Part shown: piece by piece, positions 1 through 7,198 of the stretch
Layout of the letters: each line of letters begins with the position of its first letter
How positions within the stretch are numbered: position 1 is the stretch's first letter
NCBI GenBank assembly: GCA_036844485.1
Contig: DAIUFS010000002.1
Location: forward strand, 11,085-75,084
Direction of reading: 5' to 3'
From: Candidatus Dormiibacterota bacterium
Lineage (GTDB): Bacteria; Chloroflexota; Dormibacteria; Aeolococcales; Aeolococcaceae
Length of the DNA: 64,000 nt
Notes under the pieces: generated by a model
Told to the model about the DNA's origin: nothing
The model's input: the letters and a program-made list of their open reading frames with translations, nothing else
The model's database searches: none
Translations under genes and position numbers: made by a program

Positions 1-6
1 GACCGG

Positions 7-552
7 ATGCTCGACCTGCTTGCGCGGGCCGAGCCTGAGGGAATCGAGATGCTCTACGACCGGTATTCGGGCCTTGCCTACACGCTGGCATTCCGGATCC
101 TCGAAGACGCCGGCGCTGCCGAGGATGTCGTCCAGGAGGCCTTCCTGAGCGTCTGGCGGCGGGCGTCGACCTACCGCAGCGACCGCGGCAGCCTGCGCAC
201 CTGAGTCTGCTCGATCGTCCACCACCGCGCTCTCGATCGGCTGCGAGGGCGTGCCGGCCGAACGCGGCAGGACGTGGCGCTGGAGCATGCTCCGGCGGCG
301 GTGACCTCGGTCTCGGACACCTGGGACCAGGTCGCGGACGCTCTCGAGCGCGAGGCTGTGCGCACGGCGCTGGATCAGCTGTCCGTCGAGCAGCGGGAGA
401 CGATCGAGCTCGCCTACTTCGGCGGCTACTCCCAAACCGAGATCAGTGACCTCATGAACGTCCCGCTGGGAACGGTGAAGGGCCGCACCCGGTTGGCGCT
501 TCGCAAGCTTCGCGGAGCGCTCGAGTTCCAGGGGGCGGAGGGTATGGCGTGA
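7..552 (+). pseudogene. ECF-type sigma-70 family sigma factor; frame interrupted by an in-frame TGA at 202-204
   Basis: ORFs 7..204 and 274..552 are in the same frame. The N-part has a region-2 motif (AEDVVQEAFLSVWRRASTY). The C-part has a region-4 HTH (SVEQRETIELAYFGGYSQTEISDLMNVPLGTVKGRTRLALRKLR). Reading through gives RGSLRT*VCSIVHHRALDRLRG, where the stop sits at the conserved Trp position. The N-terminus may extend beyond the window edge. Confidence 0.7.
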
Positions 553-1289
553 TCACCTGTCACGACGCCGATGTCCTCGCCGCCGCGCTCTCCGTCGGCT
601 CGATCGATGCGGAGGACCAGTCGACCCTCCAACAGCACCTCAGCACGTGTGCGGACTGCCGGCGTGTTGCCAGCGAATACCTCGCCGCCGCCGCCCGGCT
701 GCCTCTGGCGCTCGAGCCGCGACAGCCGTCGCCGGAGTTGCGGGGCCGGCTGATGCGCGCCGTGTATGCGGAGGCCGAGCAGCTTGACCGGCAGGCAGCG
801 GCAAGCGAGAGAGGGGAGGGGTGGCGGCGCTTGTGGGCGCGCGTGCCGTCGGCGCGCGGGTTCACGGTGCTGGCTGCGGCCGCGATGGTGGCGGTCATCG
901 CCGTCACCGCATGGTCGGTCTCCAACGGGCAGAAAGCAGCTCCCACGCCGGTCGCGGTGACGGTCGCGGGCACCACAACGGCACCCGCGGCACATGGGCA
1001 GGTGGTGTACGACCGGGGTGGCACCACAGCGGTCCTCACCGTGGCCGGGCTCCCCGCGCCGGCGACGATCGCCGGGGGTGATGCCGTCTACGAGGTCTGG
1101 CTGGTGCGAGCCAACGGCACCGTGGTTGCAGCGGCCTTTCTCAACGAGGAACCCGACGGAAGCTGGCGCGCCGCCATGCACGCCGACCTGACGCAGTACA
1201 CGACTGTGGCCGCCACCGTGGAACCGCCGGGCGGGAGCCACTCTCCAACCGGTGCGCGGGTTATCCAGGCAGTGCTCAGCGGTTCCTGA
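549..1289 (+). CDS. anti-sigma factor: zf-HC2 N-terminal domain, one TM segment, RskA-like extracytoplasmic domain
   Basis: GTG start overlaps the sigma-factor stop (GTGA). HxxxCxxC-type motif (QQHLSTCADCRRV). Central hydrophobic segment FTVLAAAAMVAVIAVTAW. C-terminal YEVWLV...TVEPPGGS is typical of anti-sigma-K/RskA. Confidence 0.8.
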   Translation: MITCHDADVLAAALSVGSIDAEDQSTLQQHLSTCADCRRVASEYLAAAARLPLALEPRQPSPELRGRLMRAVYAEAEQLDRQAAASERGEGWRRLWARVPSARGFTVLAAAAMVAVIAVTAWSVSNGQKAAPTPVAVTVAGTTTAPAAHGQVVYDRGGTTAVLTVAGLPAPATIAGGDAVYEVWLVRANGTVVAAAFLNEEPDGSWRAAMHADLTQYTTVAATVEPPGGSHSPTGARVIQAVLSGS

Positions 1290-1461
1290 TCGCCGCGGCG
1301 GCGCGAGGGTGCGACGGAGCCGAGTGATCCATGCGCTCGGCGGCCGCGTACACAACCACAGCGGCACCGCAGCCATCGGGATGCGCGGCCGGCTGAACTG
1401 AATCCGCATTGCGATCGGGACCGGGTCTTCGCCCGCCGATCGCGACACATGGAGGTGCGAC

Positions 1462-1722
1462 ATGCCGTTCGTTGGGACCGGTCACGTGTGGCTCCTGGGC
1501 ATCCTGCTGGTGGTCGTCTTGATCATCTGGGGGCCGGGCAAGCTCCCCGACGTCGGATCCGGCCTGGGCCGCGCCATCCGTGAGTTCCGCAAGGCGTCCA
1601 GCGAGACCCGCGAGCAGTTCGCCGTCGCCGGTCGCGCGGACACCGGAGCACCGACCTCCACCGCGACCGACGCAGTCGCTCAGCCGGCCAGCACACCGCC
1701 GAGCCACCCCGGCACCGCCTGA
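1462..1722 (+). CDS. tatA: twin-arginine translocase subunit TatA/E
   Basis: N-terminal TM followed by an amphipathic helix ([36 protein letters not shown]). GGAGG precedes the ATG. tatC follows. Confidence 0.85.
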   Translation: MPFVGTGHVWLLGILLVVVLIIWGPGKLPDVGSGLGRAIREFRKASSETREQFAVAGRADTGAPTSTATDAVAQPASTPPSHPGTA

Positions 1723-1754
1723 TCCTGGACGCCTTCACGCGGAGGCGATGAGAG

Positions 1755-2498
1755 ATGCAGGGAGTGGCCGGCGACGCACGCCGGATGACAGTCGTCGAGC
1801 ACCTCGAGGAGTTGCGCCGCGTCCTGCTCATCTCCGCGGTTGCCTGGCTGGTGGCGACGGTCGTCGCCTTCATCTTCCATGGCGCGATCTTCGAGTTCCT
1901 GCTCCGCCCGCTGACGATCGTGCTCGGCAAGACCAATCACATCACCTCGGCCGCGATCTTCACGACGCCCACCGAGGGGCTCACCATCCCCATCAAGGTC
2001 TCGGCGATCGCGGGGTTGATCGGTGCTCTGCCGGTGATCCTCTGGCAGGTATGGGGCTTCGTCGCCCCCGGGCTGCGCCCGGTGGAGAGAAGGTTCGTCG
2101 GACCGTTGGTCGCGTCGGCCTCCCTGCTCTTCGTGGCCGGCGCAGCGTTCGCCTACTTCGTGACGCCAATCGGGCTCAACTTTCTGGCAGCGTTCCTCGG
2201 CAACAGCGCCGTCTACCTGCCCGACGTCAACTCCTACCTCTCCTTTCTCCTGCTCCTGATCGTCGCGTTCGGGGTCACGTTCGAGCTGCCTGTGGTGGTC
2301 GTCCTGCTCGGCATCGCCGGCATCGTCTCGTCGCGCCGGCTGCGCAGGCAGCGAAAGGTCATCTGGGTGGGAATCATCGTCGCCGCTCTCGTCGTCACAC
2401 CCGGCGCCGATCCGTACACTCCAACCGCGCTGTTCGTGCCATTGATCGTCTTCTTCGAAGCTGCCGTCCTCGTCCTCGACAAGGTGTTCAAGCGCTGA
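1755..2498 (+). CDS. tatC: twin-arginine translocase subunit TatC
   Basis: MTVVEHLEELRRVL motif, six predicted TM segments, directly downstream of tatA. The start could instead be the internal ATG at 1785. Confidence 0.9.
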   Translation: MQGVAGDARRMTVVEHLEELRRVLLISAVAWLVATVVAFIFHGAIFEFLLRPLTIVLGKTNHITSAAIFTTPTEGLTIPIKVSAIAGLIGALPVILWQVWGFVAPGLRPVERRFVGPLVASASLLFVAGAAFAYFVTPIGLNFLAAFLGNSAVYLPDVNSYLSFLLLLIVAFGVTFELPVVVVLLGIAGIVSSRRLRRQRKVIWVGIIVAALVVTPGADPYTPTALFVPLIVFFEAAVLVLDKVFKR

Positions 2499-2513
2499 GC
2501 TCCTGACGGATGG

Positions 2514-3806
2514 TCAGGCGTACCAGTCGTCCCTGGTCAGCGGCAGGTGCGCATCACCTTGGTGGTCGGGCTTGACGGCGAGGAATTGGTGCACGGCGGT
2601 GGTGTCACGCCGGAAGCCGATCTCGGCGCCGGTGAGGTAGAGCCGCCATATCCGCAGGCGCTCGGCGCCGACCAGGCGCTCGGCCTCCCGCGAGCGTGCC
2701 TGGAACCGCTCCCGCCAGTGGCGCAGTGTGAGCGCGTAGTGCTCCCGGAGGTTCTCGTCGTCGCGGACCTCGAGCCCGGCGTTCTCGATCTGCAGGCTGA
2801 GAAACCCGGTCTCCTCGAGCTCGCCGTCCGGGAAGATGAACGCGTCGACGAAAGAGCCGCGAGAGATGCCGTGTCCCGGCGGCGCGGTAATGCCGTGGAG
2901 CAGGGCGCGACCCTGCGGCCGCAGCGCTGCACTGACGGCTCGGGCGTAGCGCAGCATTTTGGCACGGCCCACGTGCTCGAGCATCCCGATGCTGGCCACC
3001 GCATCGAAGGTGCGGCCGAGCGGGTCGCGGTAATCGGCGAGGCGCACCTCGACGCGGTCGTCCAGGCCGAGCTCGTGGACGCGCTGGCGAGCCACGGTCG
3101 CCTGCCTGGGGCTCAGCGTGATGCCCACTGCGTTGACGCCGTAGTGCTGTGCGGCGTGGATCACGAAGCTGCCCCAACCGCAGCCGATGTCGAGAACATG
3201 CTCGCCCGGCTGGAGGCGCAGCTTGCGACAGACCAGGTCGAGCTTGTTGCGCTGGGCGGTCTCGAGGTCATCCTGCGGGGTGCGGAAATACGCGCAGGAG
3301 TAGGTCAGGGAGCTGTCGAGCCAGAGGCGATAGAACTCGAGCGGGACGTCGTAGTGGTGCCGGATCGCCTGGGCGTCACGGCGTTGGCTGTGCCGGATGC
3401 CCCGCAGGCGGGCCTCAACGGTACGCGCGGAGGAACGGGCGGGACGGGCCCCCAGCGCCAGCCCGGCGAAGAGAAGCGCCGGCGTGGCACGCAGCAGCTG
3501 GGCGGGCGCGACCTGCGACAGGAGATCGATGAAAGGCTCCAGCGGCTCGACGTCGATGAGCCCCTCCGCATACGCTCGCCCGAACGCCTTCTCCGGGGTC
3601 GCGGTCAGCAGCAGATCCAGCCCCCGCCGGGCATGAAAGGTGAGCTCGAAGCGACTGTCCGCGGCGTCGGGACCGACGGAGCGGCCATCCCACAGCCGCA
3701 GCGTCCAGTCGCGACGGCCGATGGCTGTCCCGATGGCGGTAGCAAGGCGGCCGGCCGCCTCCTGACCGGTCGAGGTCGTCCGCGACCAGGCGCGTGTCCC
3801 GTCCAT
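2514..3806 (-). CDS. cfa: cyclopropane-fatty-acyl-phospholipid synthase family SAM methyltransferase
   Basis: HYDVPLEFYRLWLDSSLTYSCAYF and the SAM motif VLDIGCGWGSF. I moved the start to the ATG at 3806 (MDGTRAW), which is preceded by GGAGGG. The longer ORF (to 3953) has no support. Confidence 0.88.
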   Translation of the reverse strand: MDGTRAWSRTTSTGQEAAGRLATAIGTAIGRRDWTLRLWDGRSVGPDAADSRFELTFHARRGLDLLLTATPEKAFGRAYAEGLIDVEPLEPFIDLLSQVAPAQLLRATPALLFAGLALGARPARSSARTVEARLRGIRHSQRRDAQAIRHHYDVPLEFYRLWLDSSLTYSCAYFRTPQDDLETAQRNKLDLVCRKLRLQPGEHVLDIGCGWGSFVIHAAQHYGVNAVGITLSPRQATVARQRVHELGLDDRVEVRLADYRDPLGRTFDAVASIGMLEHVGRAKMLRYARAVSAALRPQGRALLHGITAPPGHGISRGSFVDAFIFPDGELEETGFLSLQIENAGLEVRDDENLREHYALTLRHWRERFQARSREAERLVGAERLRIWRLYLTGAEIGFRRDTTAVHQFLAVKPDHQGDAHLPLTRDDWYA

Positions 3807-3943
3807 ACGTTTCCCTCCATGCCAGACCCCCCATGGAAGATACACTCCCGAACCGGCGGGGCGGCCGGGGCATCCGGCGACACCTCGGTTCCCACGCTGC
3901 GGTGGCGCGTGCGCCAATGAGTCCCCGGGGGCGTCAATCCAGC

Positions 3944-4180
3944 CGCGGGGCACTGCTGGCCTTCGCGCTCTCGTTCGACGAGATCGTGGTGACGACGTTC
4001 ACCGCGGGCTCTCACGAGACGTTGCCGATCTGGATCTTCGCCAACCTCTCGCGGCCCAACCAACCGCCCATCGTGAACGCGGTTGCGTTCGGCGTCATCA
4101 TCCTCTCCGCGATCCCGGTGTACATCGCGCAGCGGCTGGCCGGTGACGCGGTGAGCATTGGAGAGGCGGCGCGGCCGTGA
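3944..4180 (+). pseudogene. C-terminal remnant (about 78 aa) of an ABC transporter inner-membrane permease (PotC/binding-protein-dependent type)
   Basis: GALLAFALSFDEIVVTTFTAG...TLPIWIFANLSRPNQPPIVNAVAFGVIILSAIPVYIAQRL matches only the last two helices of such permeases. The space upstream is occupied by the cfa start on the other strand. Confidence 0.6.
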
Positions 4181-4279
4181 GGATCGGCTAGCCAGGCAAC
4201 CACCTCGCCGGACAGCGTGACGTGAGCGTGACCGGGTATCTCTGGTCTGCGACTTGCCGCGCGTAGGCTGGGCTCCGAC

Positions 4280-5110
4280 ATGTCCGGCCTCCTGCTCGAA
4301 CCCATCGCGGTCCGGCCATCTGGAGCCGCTTCGTGGTCCGGACCTTCGGCGATCAGGCGGGTCACCAGCCGCGCGTCCGACGCCGCCCCCCTGGCCACGC
4401 TCTGCGTGGTGGCGAGCCTCGTCGTGGTTTGGATCCTCGAGCGCGTCCTGTCGGGCCAGGTGCACCGGGGCCTGACCATCGGCTACCTGGCCTTCGGCGG
4501 CCTCCCCAACGCCGGCATCGTCGGCCGCGGTGATCCATCCCAGCTGTGGCGCTGGGTCAGCAGCGGCCTGGTCCACGACCGCAGCACCCCACTGCATGTG
4601 ATCAGCAATTCGCTGGCGCTGATCATGGTGGGATCGGTGATCGAGCGGCTGTACGGGCGAGTGGCGCTGCTCGCCTGCGTGGCTCTCGGCGTGGTTGCCG
4701 GATCGTTCACGTGGCTGGAGGCGTCCGCCCTTGGCCTCGCCGGCGAATCCGAATACACGATCGGCCTGTCGCCCGGGATCTGCGCCCTCATCGGCGTCCT
4801 CCTGGTCTACGGGTATCGCAGGCGCGGCGACCTGTCCCGGGAGCTGTCGCAAGCGATGAGAGCCCAGGCCACAGTGGGCATCGGGTTGATGGCTCTGCTC
4901 GGTCTGGTGGTGCCGAACCTCAACAACCTCGCCCATGCGGGCGGCCTGGTGGCTGGGGTGATGATCGGCGTCTGCCTCCCGGTCACACAACCGGGAAGGC
5001 CACTCACCCTGAGCTGGCGCACCCGGATGGTTTTCTCGGTGGTGCTGGCCGCTTCCGCCGCCGCCATCCTCTTCGCCGGAGAGAACCTCATCTGGCGATT
5101 GAACGGGTGA
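4280..5110 (+). CDS. rhomboid family intramembrane serine protease
   Basis: HVISN (HxxxN), GLSPGICALIG (GxSx catalytic Ser region) and LAHAGGLVAG (catalytic His) motifs in a polytopic membrane protein. Confidence 0.8.
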   Translation: MSGLLLEPIAVRPSGAASWSGPSAIRRVTSRASDAAPLATLCVVASLVVVWILERVLSGQVHRGLTIGYLAFGGLPNAGIVGRGDPSQLWRWVSSGLVHDRSTPLHVISNSLALIMVGSVIERLYGRVALLACVALGVVAGSFTWLEASALGLAGESEYTIGLSPGICALIGVLLVYGYRRRGDLSRELSQAMRAQATVGIGLMALLGLVVPNLNNLAHAGGLVAGVMIGVCLPVTQPGRPLTLSWRTRMVFSVVLAASAAAILFAGENLIWRLNG

Positions 5111-5224
5111 CCTCCCACAGCACATCCGGACCGTCTGACGCGCGGCGCCGCTAGGCTTCGCGCCGGCTGACCGCGCCACCCTCGCGGGCAGAGCCGGCTC
5201 CGGCCATGAACTTGTGGAGGACGT

Positions 5225-5977
5225 GTGATGCTCGATCCCTTGCTGGCTGAGACGGTGACGATCTGGGGCCATGGGGGCGATGCCATCCCAGCCCACCTGG
5301 CGCGGCTCGGTGCCGGGCCGCACCCGGGCATGGTGGTCATTCACCACATGCCGGGGTGGGATGAGAGCACCCGCGAGATCACCCGGCGTTTCGCCGCCCA
5401 CGGGTACATCGCGGTCTGCCCGAACCTGCATCACCGCGATGCGCCGGGGGCCGCTCCTGACGATGGCGCCGCCGCCGCCCGCGCCAACGGGGGCGTGCCC
5501 GACGAGCGCTTTCTCGGCGACTGCGAGGGGGCGCTGCGGTATCTGCGCGCCATGCCGTCGTGCTCGGGGCGAGTGGCGACGATCGGGTACTGCTCCGGCG
5601 GCCGCCAGAGCTTTCTCGCAGCCTGCGAGCTCGATCCCGACGCGGCGGTGGTGTGCTATGGCGCCTTCATCGTGGGCACCCCGCCCGCCGGCATGGCCAC
5701 CAGCGTGGTCCCCGTCATCGCCCGTGCCGCCGGCATCACCTGTCCGGTGCTCGGGCTGTTCGGCGCAGAGGACTCACACCCATCACCCGACGAGGTGGGT
5801 GAGATTGACGCCGAGTTGACCCGCCTCGGCAAGCCCCACGAGTTCCACACGTTCGACGGAGCCGGGCATGGCTTTTTCGCGACCGACCGTCCCTCGTATC
5901 GACCCGAGGCCGCGACGGAGGGCTGGCGCCGGATCTGGGATTTCCTCGACCGCGTGCTCCAGCCGGGGGGTGACTGA
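5225..5977 (+). CDS. dienelactone hydrolase family protein
   Basis: GMVVIHHMPGWDE, nucleophile elbow IGYCSGG, and C-terminal GAGHGF are typical of the DLH fold. Confidence 0.85.
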   Translation: MMLDPLLAETVTIWGHGGDAIPAHLARLGAGPHPGMVVIHHMPGWDESTREITRRFAAHGYIAVCPNLHHRDAPGAAPDDGAAAARANGGVPDERFLGDCEGALRYLRAMPSCSGRVATIGYCSGGRQSFLAACELDPDAAVVCYGAFIVGTPPAGMATSVVPVIARAAGITCPVLGLFGAEDSHPSPDEVGEIDAELTRLGKPHEFHTFDGAGHGFFATDRPSYRPEAATEGWRRIWDFLDRVLQPGGD

Positions 5978-5978
5978 G

Positions 5979-6245
5979 GTGTGCACGTACGCGACCGAGC
6001 GCGTGGCCGTGCGAGGGAGCGCCAAGGCGGCGGGGCGGTGGGCGACGGTGGGGGAGGCCACGGTGTACCTCGACCACCCCTACACGACACCACTCGATCA
6101 CACGCTGAACATCGACTTCTTCACCGACTCCGCCGAGCGGTCGCGCCACATCGCCCTGGAACTGTCGCCTGAGTCCGCTGAGCTGCTGCTCAGGGCCATC
6201 CGCAGGGCCCTACAGACTGATCCGGCCAGCTGCTCGGCGTCGTGA
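5979..6245 (+). CDS. small hypothetical protein (88 aa)
   Basis: In-frame GTG at 5979 lies directly after the DLH stop and a G-rich SD. The sequence (VCTYATERVAVRGSAKAAGRWATVGEATVYLDHPY...) resembles small actinobacterial DUF proteins from memory only. Confidence 0.45.
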   Translation: MCTYATERVAVRGSAKAAGRWATVGEATVYLDHPYTTPLDHTLNIDFFTDSAERSRHIALELSPESAELLLRAIRRALQTDPASCSAS

Positions 6246-6258
6246 AATGTTCGACGGA

Positions 6259-6717
6259 TCAGCAGCACGCGCCCCCCGTCGCAGCGGCGTCCGGTGCGCA
6301 CGCACCCGCGCCGCAGCTGGTCTCGCCACGCAAGGTCGAGGTGTGCGCAGCGTCGCTCTCGGCGAGGACGGTGTACACCTCCCAGGGGGCGCCGTCGGGG
6401 TCGCTGACCCAGACCTTGTCCTGGAGCGCGTAGCAGCATTCGACGCCGGCCTCGGTGGTCGTCTGGAGTCCGGAGTCGGAGAGCCGTCGGGTTGCGGCGA
6501 TCACCTCGTCCGTCGACGAGACCTCGACTCCGAGATGGTTGAGCGTCGCACCGCCACCCTCCGACTCGATGAGCACCAGCTTCAGCGGTGGCTCGTCGAT
6601 GGCGAAGTTGGCGTATCCGGGCCGGCGCTTGGCCGGCTCGGCCGCGAAGAGCTTGGAGTAGAAGGCGACCGCCGCCTCCATGTCGGTGACGTTGAGGGCG
6701 AGTTGGACTCGAGACAC
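6259..6717 (-). CDS. ArsI/CadI family VOC (glyoxalase-fold) protein with a vicinal Cys pair and a Cys-rich tail
   Basis: The family-typical N-terminus MSRVQLALNV starts at the GTG at 6717. Also GVECCYALQDKVWVSDPDGAPWEVY and the C-terminal CGAGACAPDAAATGGACC. Divergent from an ArsR gene. Confidence 0.8.
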   Translation of the reverse strand: MSRVQLALNVTDMEAAVAFYSKLFAAEPAKRRPGYANFAIDEPPLKLVLIESEGGGATLNHLGVEVSSTDEVIAATRRLSDSGLQTTTEAGVECCYALQDKVWVSDPDGAPWEVYTVLAESDAAHTSTLRGETSCGAGACAPDAAATGGACC

Positions 6718-6719
6718 GG

Positions 6720-6767
6720 TCAGACTGTGATTCCGGCCGGGCAGGGACACGGGTAATCGCAGGGCAT
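6720..6767 (-). CDS. 15-codon Cys-rich upstream ORF (MPCDYPCPCPAGITV) coupled to the ArsI/CadI gene
   Basis: AGGAGGA lies 7 nt upstream of the ATG at 6767. Its TGA (6722-6720) is 2 nt from the GTG start of the downstream gene, which has no SD of its own. Too short for the ORF track. Confidence 0.35.
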   Translation of the reverse strand: MPCDYPCPCPAGITV

Positions 6768-6829
6768 GGTTCTCATCCTCCTATCGATGAGCGTCGATTG
6801 ATGTTGCACGATGGTACACAGCTCCATCG

Positions 6830-7198
6830 ATGGCTGTCAATGGGTATGATCGAGGCATGACTGCGCTGCATATGGCGACAACCCGCGTCAAGGGCTGCTG
6901 CCAGGAGCTCGCCGACCCCCTGCCCGCCGGCGTGGTCGATGACGCAGCGGCGCTGCTCCGGGCGCTCGCCGACCCCACCCGGCTGCAGATGCTGGCGATG
7001 CTGGCGAAGAGCACCGAGCCCATCTGCGTGTGCGATTTCACCGCCGCGTTCGACCTCGGACAGCCGACCGTCAGCCACCATCTCGGCAAGCTGCGGGACG
7101 CCGGCCTGGTCACCAGCGCCAAGCACGGCATCTGGGCCTTCTACGCGCTGGCGCCTCGTCTGCCCGCCGTCGCCGAGGCCGTGCTCGCCGCCCTGTAG
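6830..7198 (+). CDS. ArsR/SmtB family metalloregulatory transcription factor
   Basis: LADPTRLQMLAMLA..ICVCDF....LGQPTVSHHLGKLRDAGLV (winged HTH with a CVC metal/metalloid site). Confidence 0.88.
   Translation: MAVNGYDRGMTALHMATTRVKGCCQELADPLPAGVVDDAAALLRALADPTRLQMLAMLAKSTEPICVCDFTAAFDLGQPTVSHHLGKLRDAGLVTSAKHGIWAFYALAPRLPAVAEAVLAAL

Noticed and set aside
202-204. Possibility that TGA encodes Trp genome-wide (genetic code 4/25).
   Set aside because: TGA terminates most well-supported genes here, including the many GTGA/ATGA overlaps. Global reassignment is therefore excluded; only local read-through, mutation or error remain.
426-1463. 345-aa ORF on the minus strand, antisense to the sigma/anti-sigma genes.
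   Set aside because: The translation is Arg/Pro/Gly-rich and low in complexity, and it lies opposite well-supported genes. This is the typical shadow ORF of GC-rich DNA.
3605-5434. 609-aa minus-strand ORF spanning the cfa start, the permease remnant and the rhomboid gene.
   Set aside because: No recognisable domain and an extreme Arg/Gly/Pro/His composition. It overlaps three better-supported genes, so I treat it as a shadow ORF.
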